Assembly (NCBI RefSeq): GCF_006345805.1 | Contig: NC_042998.1 | Coordinates: forward strand, 193,812,001-193,876,000 | Source of the DNA: Octopus sinensis | Lineage: Eukaryota | DNA length: 64,000 nucleotides | Direction: 5' to 3' | Shown here: piece by piece, positions 15,151-28,400 of the stretch | How positions within the stretch are numbered: the first letter of the stretch is position 1 | Layout: every line of letters starts with the position of its first letter | Notes under the pieces: generated by a model | What the model saw: the letters and a program-made list of their open reading frames with translations, nothing else | The model's database searches: none | Told to the model about the DNA's origin: nothing | Made by a program: the position numbers and the translations under genes

Positions 15151-15989
15151 ATATACATATATTCATTACATATAAAATTCATCGTTCATCATCAGAAAGT
15201 TTCCACCTTTTGCTTTCTCTCGTTTTGCATATATACTTATATACATATTTTGTATTTGATGTACTTAATATATTTAATATATTTGATGTATTTAATTTGC
15301 TTATCTCAGTAATTGCTTCTATCTCAGCACAACTTGATCCCTCTAATAACCTTTCTTTACCTTGTGGAATGATTCCCTGTAAAGACATCGGAGTCAAAGT
15401 CTGAATCTTTTGAGCACTAGTGTCTTATATACAGAGAGTCTTTGGATCTCATCTGTGAACTATATATATATATATATACTCAAAATAAGCAACAAGGATA
15501 TCCAAGGTATTGTAGTACAATCGTTTCATGCTACTTCATTTTATTAAACAATGTAAGTATTACATCGGTTTTAAAATGTAGAGCAATCTTCAGCCACAGA
15601 GAGAATTTTTTTAATTTAATGGACAACGTACATTATTATACTTATTTCATTTGCCAACATTACAAAGAGGGTAGATATATAGACAGAGAGGTTAATTTCA
15701 TCATTAGGAACATGGTAGTAGAAGGTCCTTCTCTATCTATAGGTTTTTTATCACTCTAAATTTTTCTGAACGTATGTATATATATATATATATATATTGT
15801 AGATAGGAAATTGGAGCTCTAAGAAAATGTGGCAAAATGCTTATGTTCATAAAGTCCACAAGTCTACGTTCGATCTGGATTTACTAGAGACACTGAAGGA
15901 AAATAAGTGAAGTAAGGTTGAATACTTTTTGTGTAACTGTAGAACAGTCCGAACTTTGAGTCCCTTGTCTATAATTACATTCACTTTTT

Positions 15990-16330
15990 GTTAGAATGAT
16001 TTGACTGAAAACATAAATAATGCACAAAATCGTGTGAAAAAAAAGTAGAAAGTTTTGATGTAGACACGAAATAATAATAATCTGTTGTAATAATCAGATC
16101 CTGACACGTTAAGTAATGAGTATAAAAAGAAGATAGCACGGGAGGGATAAGTTTTAACAAATGTTGTATTAGTTTCACGCTTAAAAAGAAAAGAAATAGT
16201 ATAAATGTTTTAGGCACAAAACTTTCATCAGAAAAAGTAAAAGGATAAGAATGAGTGGTGGGAAAATACAAAAAGAATGAGGAAAGCTGCTGGAAACGGG
16301 GAAAAAAAAATTATTGAGAAAAATCGACTG
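15990..16330 (-). mobile_element. Decayed relative of the hammerhead-bearing ~190-bp element
   Basis: Minus strand has CTGATGA-AAG...CCT-AAAAC-ATT (core at 16225-16231), followed by AAGCGTGAAACTAATACAACATTTGTT, which resembles GAGCGTCCAATAATACTATATTTGTT of family E. Confidence 0.4.
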
Positions 16331-16523
16331 GAAATGAATATCTATCATTGAGTTGGCTAACATGAGCTGAATCACTTGTGCAAAATTTTCGTCAAAGTTT
16401 TCACTTTAAAACGCATGAGCTGCGAGTTTAATATTTTATTCACTTGGACCTTTATACTACTATGCTGTAAACTCGTTATTTAAAGGCATTACCCTAAAAT
16501 TATTAATATCATTATATTATATA

Positions 16524-16914
16524 CTGGCAGTACCACCCGACGTTGCTCGGGTTTGTTTCGACCCTTTAGAATTGAAATTTTTGAAAAGTAAAAATTTTGC
16601 ATTATATAACTTGTTATTCTCTTTAAGTGAATATTTTTCTGGTTGAAATAAACCGGAAAATGGCGACACAGCAGTCAAATAATCGTAAAAAGTTGGGATT
16701 TTCATAGAAAAAATCACCTTTTTGATGTAAATAATTTTTGGTGTTCACATGGTCCGATTTGAATTTTTTCTTCTACGAAAGGAAGAGCAAGCCTTCTTCT
16801 ATCATACTCTTAACTTTGGTCAACTTGCGCAGCAGGGTCTCGGAGGAGATAGTGGTAGTTGAAGCCTACCAAACCTGCCATACACAGACAACTTCAGCTT
16901 TATATATAGAGAGA
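16524..16914 (-). mobile_element. Non-autonomous Helitron (391 bp)
   Basis: On the minus strand it starts A|TC and ends with hairpin CCCGAGCAACGTCGGG then CCAG|T (variant of CTAG). A second copy lies at 46572-46960. Confidence 0.85.
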
Positions 16915-18149
16915 TTACTAACAAGCCAATGGGTGAGCTTTGACTTCCTACAAATAGCTACCCAATTTTCCTCAAATCACCACCTGTCATCTTTAAAAAA
17001 GGAGCAACACAATAAATATTGTAGTCCTAGATATAGTAAACTCTGGAATCCAAGGAAACTGTTAATGATTTCAAAAGACAACCGTTAGTCAATAGGGGAC
17101 GTCTTGGAAGAGTTCGAAGGAGAGAAAGAGAGAGAGAAAGAGAAAAAGAGAGATAGAGGAGGGAAGAGAATAAGAGAAAGACTAAATCAAGAAACATTGA
17201 AACGAGAATATTCGAACAGCGTCAGCGTTGAGTGAGCGACGCCAAACAAGCGTTGCCGAAAAGCCACATATCCTCGGTTTGTTTGGTCAGTGCTTAAGTA
17301 GGGCTAGACAATATATAAACAACTATATTGTTACTATAATTGCCTAAATATTTAAACCCTAGACAATATGGCTGAACATTGCGTTTACAAATGAATAATT
17401 GTAGACGAGATTGTTTCAAGACAGCTGTAATGTAATTTCTTCGTAGCAAAATCAATTTTTCAAATATTCTCAAATATTTTAGACAAAAGCATACTTCATT
17501 GTAAAACTTTTCATTATCACTAAGGAAACAAAAATTTTTAAAAACGCCAGTGTTTCAAACTTTTATCAGAGCTGTTCATTAATTACTAAATATATTTATA
17601 CTTTTTAGAATGAAAAGCGTAGTTAAATAAGAGAAAATAATGCTTTATGTCAAAAGATATATAGACATACACTAGACAGATATACAGAGACATTCTATAG
17701 AAATGGATGGTTTACATAAAAAAGATATATCTGGCTTCAGAATATCGTATTATAAATAATAAATGCTTCAAGTATGAACATTAGTATATATTGGTGTCAG
17801 AGACGTAAAGAGATATTATCATGTAAATGGAACACAGAATTTTAAATAAATTGCAAATTTTAAATTCGACTCTTTTGTTCTAATCCTACCAAGAGCGCTT
17901 TTGCCTTTCGTCACTTCTATGTCTCCTTCTTCTGCAACTTGTACTGCTGCTAAAGGCTAAAGTAACCCCTGCTCCCTAGAAATGGCCAATCCCATATTGC
18001 CTCCACTCAAGCCCTTCTAACACATTCACTTTATTTCCTCTGTCCACGATCCAGGCCACTCACTAAAAACTGCACCCAACCAGTTTCCAAAGCGCTGGAC
18101 ATCTAAAATTCTTTCCTTGCACATGTATCTATTTACTACTGTTGTTACC

Positions 18150-18454
18150 TTTGTTCGTTCCTTCTCGAGCCACGCCTGGCTCGTAAGGGCCGGTTTCCCG
18201 GTTTCCTTGGCGTATAGGTTCCCCACCTGGACGGGACGCCGGTCCGTCGCAAATGAGTTGCAAGATGCAGGAGGAAATGGCGAGAGAAAATTGTGGCGAA
18301 AGAGTCAGCAGAAGTTCGCCATTACCTTCTGCCGAAGCCGCGTGGAGCTTAGGTGTTTCGCTCATAAACACACACATCACCCGGTCTGAGATTCGAACCC
18401 GCGATCCCTCGACCGCGAGTGCGCTGCTCTAAGCACTAGGCCATGCGTCTCCAC
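18150..18454 (-). mobile_element. SINE group C (tRNA-derived head, tail type 1)
   Basis: A box TGGCCTAGTGC and B box GGTTCGAATC; near-identical to 35969-36281 and 42359-42660. Confidence 0.92.
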
Positions 18455-18662
18455 AGTTGTTATCTTGTGCTTGTACAAGAGAAACATTAACTGCATCGAT
18501 GTTACCAGTTTCAAAAATTCCTACAAAAGTCTAGGCCCGGCTACTTCTTTCAGATCAACTAAATAAAAAGTAACTAGGGTGTATTTTTTAAAATGGTCAT
18601 GTTCCTGCCCAAAAGAAAACTGCTAGAATTAAATTTAGTAATTCATCCTTAATATATTCTCT

Positions 18663-18887
18663 TTACTCTTTTACTCTTTTACTTGTTTCAGTCATTTGAC
18701 TGCGGCCATGCTGGAGCGCCGCCTTTAGTCGAACAAATCAACCCCGGGACTTATTCTTTGTAAGCCCAGTACTTATTCTATCGGTCTCTTTTGCCGAACC
18801 GCTAAGTGACGGGGACGTAAACACGCCAGCATCGGTTGTCAAGCAATGCTAGGGGGACAGACACACAAACACACACACATACAAATA

Positions 18888-18921
<34 letters not shown>

Positions 18922-19086
18922 TACGACAGGCTTCTTTCAGTTTCCGTCTACCAAATCCACTCACAAGGCATTGGTCGGCCCGGGGCTATAGCAGAAAACA
19001 CTTGCTCAAGATGCCACGCAGTGGGACTGAACCCGGAACCATGTGGTTGGTTAGCAAGCTACTTACCACACAGCCACTCCTGCGCC
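18663..19086 (-). mobile_element. SINE group A, full length
   Basis: Head, internal (CA/TA)n, CR1-type tail and (TAAAAGAG) repeats. Confidence 0.92.
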
Positions 19087-19238
19087 TATATATTTCTAAT
19101 GTTATTATTCCTGTTAATTTGTTTTAGATCAATTCAAATCAAACACACCTACGACAAAAACACTCAACCCGTCATCACTTTGCCTTTATTTCAGTCAGCG
19201 ATATCTACGATTACATTATCCACTGTATATATTTCGTA

Positions 19239-19473
19239 AAAAGGCGGCGAGCTGGCAGAAACGTTAGCACGCCGGGCGAAATGCTTAGCGGTATTTCGTC
19301 TGTCGTTACGTTCTGAGTTCAAATTCCGCCGAGTTCGACTTTGCCTTTCATCCTTTCGGGGTCGATAAATTAAGTACCAGTTACGCACTGGGGTCGATGT
19401 AATCGACTTAATACCTATGTCTGTCCTTGTTTGTCCCCTCTGTGTTTAGCCCCTTGTGGGGGGTAAAGAAATA
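19239..19473 (+). mobile_element. SINE group B monomer (tRNA-like head, MetaSINE-like body) with a 15-bp TSD
   Basis: TSD TGTATATATTTCGTA at 19224-19238 and 19474-19488; B box GAGTTCAAATTC. The body GCCTTTCATCCTTTCGGGGTCGATAAATTAAGTACCAG resembles the Meta domain as recalled from memory. Confidence 0.92.
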
Positions 19474-19801
19474 TGTATATATTTCGTACTTTTTAAACAG
19501 TAGAGTGTGATTTGCGTGAGATTTGACTGTTATTTCTAGCTGGTAGGTTGATCACATTGAGGCTTTTTTTTTTTAGTTTATGTTTGTTTATCGTTTTTCC
19601 TACTATGATGACTAGTATCAGCAGTTTCTTATGATAATTGTTAGAATGGGCTTTCAGTAACTTTAAACTATAAGTTTCAGCAGATAATTGAAATATTCAA
19701 AGGAAAGAGACGTAATTAAATTGAGATTTGGCTGCTATTTCTAGCAGGTTGGACAGCAAAGTAGTTTCACTGTCACCAGTTTGTCAGTACACTTGTAAAT
19801 A

Positions 19802-20218
19802 TATTTCTTTATTGCCCACAGGGGGCTAAACATAGAGGGGACAAACGAGGACAGACAAAGGGATTAAGTCGATTACATCGACCCCAGTGCGAAACTGGTA
19901 CTTTATTTATCGACCCCGAAAGGATGAAAGGCAAAGTCGACCTCGGCGGAATTTGAACTCAGAACGTAACGGCAGACGAAATACCTATTTCTTTATTACC
20001 CACAAGGGGCTAAACACAGACAGGACAAACAAGGACAGACATAGGTATCAAGTCGATTACATCGACCCCAGTGCGTAACTGGTACTTAATTTATCGACCC
20101 CGAAAGGATGAAAGGCAAAGTCGACCTCGGCGGAATTTGAACTCAGAACGTAACGGCAGACGAAACACCGCTAAGCATTTCGCCCGGCGCGCTAACGTGT
20201 CTGCCAGCACGCCGTCTT
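19802..20218 (-). mobile_element. SINE group B dimer
   Basis: Two head-to-tail units with junction AAGAAATA|GGTATTTCG; TSD GTACA(C/T)TTGTAAATA on both flanks. Confidence 0.92.
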
Positions 20219-20389
20219 GTACATTTGTAAATAGTGGCCACATCGGAGATGAGAAAAGTAAAACTTATTGGAAAGCGATCAGAGACAGGTTAACATTTCG
20301 AAGGTCCTTAGACTACTGGTACTGTCAGACTTCCAGTAATATTTTCAAATTTGAAAAAAAAAAAAATTAAAAACAAATTTTACAAGGTT

Positions 20390-20680
20390 AACATTAGTTA
20401 AAATATCAATTGTTTTTCTTGGTATTTTCTCGTAAACAAATGTCTCCAAAACATCAATAAATGTTAAGTAGTCGAGAACATTGTTTTCGGTTGCAATGAA
20501 AGCAATTACGTTTAGTAGTTCTTGCACCATTGTTTGATTTGTATAGATTTTCTTTAGATGTTTTTCTCGAGAGAAACTTCTCTCCCCAGTCGCATCAATT
20601 ACCATTAAACACTAATAAATCCATATTACTATTTCAACATATGGGATTGAAGAAGTTAATGTTGGTGTTCGAAGTTTGTA
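20390..20680 (-). pseudogene. hAT transposase C-terminal dimerisation domain remnant
   Basis: VIDATGERSFSREKHLKK...TMVQELLNVIAFIATENNVLDYLTFIDVLETF..EKIPRK matches the hAT pattern GERSFSKLKxIK..TMxQERLNxLAxxxIE; in-frame stop upstream. Confidence 0.8.
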
Positions 20681-20840
20681 ACTGTGTCATGCTACAACCT
20701 GAATTCATCAAATTTAACGACAGAGTTCCTTAAATGAAAATTTTCCGACTCACATTCAGGCGGTTTGATATCATTTAAATCTGAAATTTTACTGTTGCTG
20801 TTGACGTTATCATCATTCATTCTTGTTTCAGGAAATCAAA

Positions 20841-21230
20841 TCTTTATATATAAAAGTCAAGTTGTGTGTCTGTCTCCTACGATTTAGATTCCTAACTACT
20901 CCCACATTTTGCGGTGCAGTGTAACCAAAACCGGGTATCTTATAGTCGTGATTCATATCGAGCCCTTCTGGGTATTAGCGCGCGTCTAACGATGAGTCTA
21001 CGATTTTAAAAATAATTTACCATCATTTTTTTCCATTTTAATGCATTTTTTCGCTATTATATAAGGGACGTAACTCTCTAAAAATGTCTACGATGAGTTA
21101 ACGATTTTTAAAAAAATTTACCATCATTTTTTTTCCATTTTTAATGCATTTTTTTTGCTATTTTTTGGCTATAACTCTCTATATAGTTATTTCCCTTACA
21201 AACCCGAGCAACGCCGGGCAATACTGCTAG
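20841..21230 (+). mobile_element. Non-autonomous Helitron (390 bp) with an internal tandem repeat of about 100 bp
   Basis: A|TC...CTAG|T junctions; GC hairpin CCCGAGCAACGCCGGG at 21203-21218. Confidence 0.9.
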
Positions 21231-21690
21231 TAACTAATAAATATTTATCCTTCAATCTGATAGCAAAGCTCTGAATGCAACTTGTCTACGACAGGTGATC
21301 TCTACCTTAATTTCTTTTCTCATAAAGCAACATCTAAGAGCTTACCTATCACTGATTTGTTTGTTTGTTTTCCAGTACTATATTGTTAGTCAAATTATTT
21401 CGTATATTCTTTCTCATTTGGTTTATTTTTCAAAAATTTCAAATAAATCGCGCTGCCACACCAAAAAGTCGAATAGGAGTTCAATAACTTTAATAAGTGA
21501 CGAAAGCTCTAGTGTTTCATGCTGAAGCGATTAGCTAATTAGATTGAATTTCTTTTGTATGACAGCCCACATCGCTACCTAGGGAACTGAGTCCACTTTG
21601 ATAGTTTCTTGAGTATAGTGTTTGCTTTATGAAGTGTATCAACCTGAGACTCAAAGCTTATTGCTGAAAGTAACACAAATAAGCAAAAAT

Positions 21691-21907
21691 AAGGTGGTGA
21701 GCTGGCAGACACGTTCGCGCCGGGCGAAATGCTTAGCCGTTACGTTCTGAGTTCAAATTCCGCCGAGGTCGACTTTGCCTTTCATCCTTTCGGGGTCGAT
21801 AGATTAAGTACCAGTTACGCACTGGAGTCGATGTAATCGACTTAATCCCTTTGTCTGTCCTTGTTTGTCCCCTCTGTGTTTAGCCCCTTGTGGGCAATAA
21901 AGAAATA
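21691..21907 (+). mobile_element. SINE group B monomer with a 16-bp TSD
   Basis: TSD ACAAATAAGCAAAAAT at 21675-21690 and 21908-21923. Confidence 0.93.
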
Positions 21908-22218
21908 ACAAATAAGCAAAAATTCCTATTTTACTATCGCAATGGTTATTAGCTATTAGTAATGATATGTCGAGTTTCGAATCAGTGTGATTCTTCCACA
22001 ATCCATTACTCACATCTTGACTAAAACTGCCACCGAAGAAACACGTATTGTTCTACTGAGTATATAATGGTTGTTATCCAGTGGGGAGGAAGTAATTCAT
22101 TTAGCAGCGCATCACTATGCCAGAGTTGCATATGACAACGTAATGTATTTGTATATATATTGTTTAAGTGAGTGCATATGTGTATGTGTTTGGATAAAAT
22201 AATATGATATATATATAT

Positions 22219-22291
<73 letters not shown>

Positions 22292-24085
22292 GAAATGTAA
22301 CACCACACCTTCAGCGAATTGTGCCAAAAATATCAGATAAATAACTACAAAACCAAGACAAAAATAAGTGAATTACCGATTACCTTAATGCTCACTTCCA
22401 TTTTTAATTTAATAATAAATTATAATGATTGACATATAAAGTAAAGATAACATATAATGAATTTCGTACAACAGCATGTGTCCATTGATGAATAGCACAA
22501 AATTCTATCCATAATTTAGGACAATAAATTACTTACCTTCGTCGTCTGATTTATGATGGCTAATATAGTAATGAAATACATCGAACTCTTGTACACCTGT
22601 GTTGTTGTACCGGTTGTGGCAATCATTTTAATCGCGATTGATGCGGGAAAACTACGATGATTGTAAATTGATTTCCCGTAACAACCATTCATCGAATTGT
22701 TATCTGATTTTGGTGACGTTCCCATTGACACTTCTCTGTTTGAATCAAGTACGCCATTGAGCCACGTTTATTTTCGATTGTACGACACATCAGTTTAGTT
22801 CTTTCAAACAATACTGACCGTCCAATATATATAATTTATTGGAACGAGTCTGTTTTCTTTTCCAATTGCTTGAATGTGGTTAAGTGACAATAAAACGTCG
22901 TAAAGGTTCATAATTGTTGGTCCTGGAGCGCTCTACTCACAAATTCGATCCAGTGCTAAATTAGAGCAGAATGATATGAGATTTAAAATTATTTGACTAT
23001 TCTTTCACTGATAAATGATTTTCATAGCAAGCTTTTCAAATTCTTCGTGCATTTCCTGAACAAAGCACTATGCTTCACCCTTTGAAGCCAGAGCGAAAAC
23101 AGGCGACATCATATACTGAAAGCCCATTAAATCTTTAAATGAGTTTCATTGTTGAACATCATTGTCTAGAGTAGTCTGCCCTTCCTTTTTTCAAGAACGG
23201 AGAGTGTGAACTGAAGTTTATCCAAATGGAAGTGTGGGATCTAGTTTAGCAATTGCGTAATGATCTCCCATGTTAGTCAATGTTATTCTTTAATTCCCAT
23301 TGGTGTGTTTCTCGCCAAAGTTTTTGTAGGATTGATGTAAGATATTTAAAGGGATACATCTCTTTGGGTCATTTTTATTGCTACGAAAGACGAAACTATA
23401 GAATGTTATGGATATTGCTGAGTAGATAATCAAAAACACAATTTGGCTTTTAAACTTACATTCAGCGGATATATTTACTTGGTCGGCTACGGTAGTTGCT
23501 AAAACCCAGTAAATAACATTAATTTTAAACAATATCAATGATATAAAGTTTAATCGGTTTGAAAAAATCGAGAAATTCATAAAAGATAAATAAAAGATTA
23601 ATAATAAAAAAAAGGGACGGCTTTTTTACTCTGTTTTTTCAAGTCGACATAAAGAAATTAAGATCTCTTAACTGAATAATAAAAATTAGTCGTGGACTGG
23701 AGACATGGAAAAAAATTAATATCGATAAAAATCCGATGAACTGATGCAATAGAAAGTAGTAGTGGCGGTGGTGGTGGTGGTAGTAGTAGTAGTAGTAATA
23801 GTAGTAGTAGTAGTAGTAGTAGTATAGTAGTAGTAGTAGTAGAAGCAGCAGCAGTAGTAGCAGTAGTAGCAGTAGTAGTAGTAGTAGTAGTAGTAGTATT
23901 GGTGGTGCTGCTGCTGGTCCTGGTCCTGGTGGTGCTTCTGCTGCTGCTGGTGCAAGTGCCGGTGGTGGTGGTGGGGTGGTGGCGGCGGTTGGTAGCGTGG
24001 TTGGTGGTGGTGGTGGTGATTGTGTGATGGAAATTTCGTTTATTGTAAGGTTGAGAATTAGGTATTCTTAAAGAAGTTTATATTG

Positions 24086-24127
<42 letters not shown>

Positions 24128-24672
24128 CATAACATACATACATACATACATACATACATACATACATACATACATACTACTACATACATACATGCTACAT
24201 TCATACATATATACATACATATGCACAAACACACACACACACATGATACATATATATATATAATTCCATTTTCACATTTACAAGGAATGAGTAATGAGTT
24301 CTGAAATAAACTGTATTGTAGCTGTAATTTCAATGATATACTGAATTTTTTAGTGTCTAGTTGTATACAAAGGTGGCGCACGTGTGTCTGGCCTCGAAAT
24401 TATTAATTTACTAAAAGAAACTGGATCAAGTGGAAGAGGCTAAATGACAAATTACATAGGAAAATACGGTTAGTAGTCAAAAAAATTGAAGTTGTTCTTG
24501 TTCGCGTAAGACTTCAGACACGGTTTTATAGCGAGACGTTCAGTGTTTCTCCTGAATGAAATTTAGAATGATGCGAATGGTTGAGAAGAAAGAATAATTG
24601 ACAAATAAAACGGTAGCATTTCTCCGAAGTAGAATGATATGCAATACAAATATATGTGTGTATTTATGTATG

Positions 24673-24707
<35 letters not shown>

Positions 24708-24744
24708 CCAGTCACTTCAGCAATGTAACTACACATGTGATGGA

Positions 24745-24930
24745 TGTTGGCGATTTTCTTTTTCCGAACTTTTCCTTCTCTCCTTTCCAACGAAGTACTA
24801 TGCTCGAAACGTCAAAACCTCTCTCTTTTTACTGAACTTCAAACTAATACATACCTTGTACACGCTCTCATGTTGTCTGTTATTGTTAATTTCATTTTTT
24901 ATCGTTCATTTATTTGAATCGAACATATAA
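24745..24930 (+). mobile_element. Family E element (PLE terminal-repeat-like, minimal hammerhead), diverged copy
   Basis: TTGGCGATTTT start; CAACGA-AGTAC-TAT-GCTC-GAAACGTC-AAAAC. Confidence 0.6.
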
Positions 24931-25492
24931 ATGTTATTTAATTTTTCTTTGCGGGAAGGGCTATTTCAATGAAGTCGCGTACTGTCCTTGCCTTCGTAAT
25001 GCGGAGTTGATGAAATTGTTAAAGAGGACAACAAACGTTAAGGTAAGGCAGACATCTCAAGTCATATACATTATTATTATTATTGGAAGCAAAATTCGAA
25101 GTCTTACAGCTGCTTCTGGGATATCCCAAAGTATAGGGTATTCTATCATAGGAGACAAATAGGAAAAATGAGGAGGGTATAGATCAATGAAATGACGACA
25201 TGGAGGACAGGAGTAAAAGAATAAGGAGATGAAGAAAGAGACATGAAAATTCACAGTTCAACTTTGCGATCTTGTAGAAATAAGTCCATAAGTCCTTTGG
25301 TGCAATCCTGTATAAATCCATGTGAGTTAAAGTTTTGATTTTTTCCAATAAAAATAATGTATATGACTTGAGATGTTTGCTTTACCTTAACGTCTGTTGT
25401 CCTCTTTAACAATTATATATATATGTGTGTGTGTCTGTGTCTGTGTGAGTGTGATATATATATATATATATATTCAAAATGTGACCGCGTGT

Positions 25493-25690
25493 GTATCGTT
25501 GGCGATTTTTTCCTTCGTCTTCCCTTCCTTGGATCTTTTCTTTTCCTATGTTTCTGACGAAGAACTCCGCTCGAAACATTAAATCTCTTTCTTTCTTTCC
25601 TTTCCTGAGCGTCCATAACACTATACTTGTTCCACGTCCTCGCGTTGTTGTGTTTTCTCTTTGTGTTTTCATGTTTGGATTAACTATATA
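25493..25690 (+). mobile_element. Family E element with hammerhead core CTGACGA...GAAAC
   Basis: Aligns full length with 62452-62645; core at 25550-25584; ends in (TA)n. Confidence 0.8.
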
Positions 25691-25986
25691 TATATATATA
25701 TATACGAAAGAAGGAAAGAAGAGAATGAATGCGCGCGCATTTTCGCATATTCACAGTGGGTAAATAAAGGAGAGAAAATAGCGTTGAATGCATTTAATAT
25801 TTCTTATATAAAACAGACTTCTTTTAAATTATCACTATTCTGATTCTGTAGAACTGATATTGTAGACGTGTTCTGTGTCCACAAAGCTTTAAGGAATGCT
25901 GGACTGAGTCAACCCATCATTAGGCATGCGTGCATGTAAACATACACGCATTTTAGACAGACAGACAGATAGATAGATATAGATTG

Positions 25987-26022
<36 letters not shown>

Positions 26023-26063
26023 GGATGGATGGATGGATGGATGGATGGATGGATGGATGGATG

Positions 26064-26095
<32 letters not shown>

Positions 26096-26120
26096 TAGAT
26101 AGATATATAGATAGATAGAT

Positions 26121-26200
<80 letters not shown>

Positions 26201-26400
26201 GTAATTTACATCTGACTCTTCTGGTCCCTTGTCAAAAGAATTCATTGGTAAGTTTACAGAAATCTACTTGCTCCTTCTCGACTGCAATTACTAACTGTTT
26301 CACTTCCAATATAGTGTAATTCTTCATCTCACTCTCTTCATACTACAACTAAATTTATGACTACCAAATTGCCTATACATGCATATATGTATGTATACCT

Positions 26401-26630
26401 GTTTCTTTACTACCCACAAGGGGCTAAACACAGAGGGGACAAACAAGGACAGACAAACGGATTAAGTCGATTATATCGACCCCTGTGCGTAACAGGTACT
26501 TAATTTATCGACCCCGAAAGGATGAAAGGCAAAGTCGACCTCGGCGGAATTTGAACTCACAACGTAACGGCAGACGAAATACGGCTACGCATTTCGCCCG
26601 GCGTGCTAACGATTCTTCCAGCTCGCCGCC
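26401..26630 (-). mobile_element. SINE group B monomer
   Basis: Full-length match to 19239-19473. Confidence 0.92.
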
Positions 26631-26814
26631 TATATGTATATATAATTGACATTTACAGGATGTGCACACACTATCGCCCGCGCGTATATATGTACGCACG
26701 CATGCATACTGGATACATTTACTGGATGCATACATTTACTGGATGACCATGCTGTTTCATTATACTGTTTTTTTTTATTTAAATTTTTTTTAAGGTTTAA
26801 TAAAAAAAAATAAC

Positions 26815-27015
26815 AACTAATTAATCAATAATGTATTCACCTTTGTTGTTTACAACTTCTTCCCAACGTTCAACAAGATTTTCAATACCTCGTTGGTAGA
26901 AATCACCCGATTTCGACTCGAAAAATTGATCCAACCAAGCTCTCAATTCAGTATCAGTATTGAATGAACTCTGCGCATAGCATTTGAAAGAGATCGAAAG
27001 AGGTGGAAATCATAT
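26815..27015 (-). pseudogene. Mariner transposase C-terminal remnant
   Basis: DFHLFRSLSNAMR..FNTDTELRAWLDQFFESKSGDFYQRGIENLVERWEEVVNNKGEYIID* with one frameshift. Confidence 0.88.
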
Positions 27016-27246
27016 TTAGTATGTTCAAGAGTACATGAACATGCTAAATATGATTATATAAATATATATTTCATTCAACGTTGTTTAGTGCTCCTCTAAT
27101 AAATTCAATTAATATTAATTTTATTTATAAAAAAAAAACAATATAAAAAACAATTGTACATAAAAACCAACACGAATATATATGAGTGCGTTTGCGTGCG
27201 TATGTGTATATATAAGTGTATATCAATTTTATTATTTATTTCAAAT

Positions 27247-27459
27247 TTGAGGGCGGTGGATCGTTAGAGGTCGGAAAGAGGTGGCTTTTCTGTGTTCTTT
27301 TGATAAGTGGTCCGGCTCAAATTACGAGTTCAAGTCCCGCTAGGTAGATTTTGTCATTTGGGGGTCGATACAATAAAGTACCAGTCAAGGCACTAGAGTC
27401 ATAGTTATCGGCTAATCCCCTCTCCTCAAAATTAGCGGCCTTGTACTTCAATTATAAAC
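27247..27459 (+). mobile_element. Old SINE group B variant (tail type 2) with a 17-bp TSD
   Basis: TSD TATTATTTATTTCAAAT at 27230-27246 and 27460-27476. Confidence 0.8.
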
Positions 27460-28129
27460 TATTATTTATTTCAAATATTGCCATTTAAAACATACTTTTC
27501 AAAGAGGACTAACTTTACTTCAGTATCCTACATGAAGATAAAATTGCCACTGCTTCTGTCTTTGTGTGATGCTATAAGATTTACGCATCGTTTATATTCA
27601 TTCAAATTTCAGGAAAAGGCATTCTGTTTTATTGAATTTCGATTCGAGAGAAAAATTTTAAGTTCAGTTTTTCAATTTTTTTTTTTTTTTTTCCTTTTAA
27701 TCCAATATTCTGTTTTGCATTCATTTTACGAAAATATACTTGTTTTGTCCAAACATTAAAAACTACATGAACTGATATTCTCATGCCAGGTTAAAATGCA
27801 GCAATGACAACTCATAGCAATATCAAATGGCATAAAAATATATTGAAGTAAAAACTACAAAATATTGAATATATATTGAAGTAAACATTGCCAAAAAAAA
27901 TAGTTTCTTTGCTTAGTTTTTTCGAAAATCATTTTCAACTTACTTTATTTACTTCAAGAAGAATCAACCCAAACATCAAATTGTCAAAATTAATAAAAAC
28001 TCTCTCTTTATATTTAGTGTTAGTAAAACACATTTGAAATCTCACATATTTTTGATAAAATAATTTCTACAAAATATTATGGAAACCTTCTTAATCAATA
28101 CAGTGAAAAATACTGGTATTTTGCGCAGT

Positions 28130-28400
28130 GAGAAACACCGCTCTAGTTTGTAAAGAACGAGTATAAATGATTGAACTTCCTCGGCGATCATTCGTTACTA
28201 GTAACATAACTGTCACTTATAAACCCACGTGGGTTTATTTAGATTTTCTGAAGAAAAAGGATACTCTTCCTCCCACCCCTAACCTTAACCCTAACCCCAC
28301 ATATATAAAAAAAAATTTTAATTTTACGGAAAGTGACGATCTTCTTCTTGAAATGTAAACAAATACTCGTGACGTAAATGGGACTCATATCGAAAGAATG
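28130..28400 (-). mobile_element. Decayed copy of the TTAGGG-containing MITE
   Basis: GGGTTTATTTAGATTTTCTGAAGAAAAAGGATAC...CCCTAACC aligns in reverse with 39490-39600. Confidence 0.6.

Larger units (their letters stand above)
14411..15321. repeat. Outer inverted repeat pair (14411-14540 and 15175-15321) enclosing two younger inserts
   Basis: The ORF track shows the same peptide (TSNILNILS) on opposite strands, and the arms align visually with moderate divergence. Confidence 0.8.

Noticed and set aside
17880-18130. Possible LINE endonuclease remnant on the minus strand
   Set aside because: Motifs are too degraded to support by eye.
24959-25042. 84-nt exon candidate GYFNEVAYCPCLRNAELMKLLKRTTNVK with a GTAAGG donor
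   Set aside because: Poor acceptor (GGGAAG), no recognisable protein, and no partner exons.
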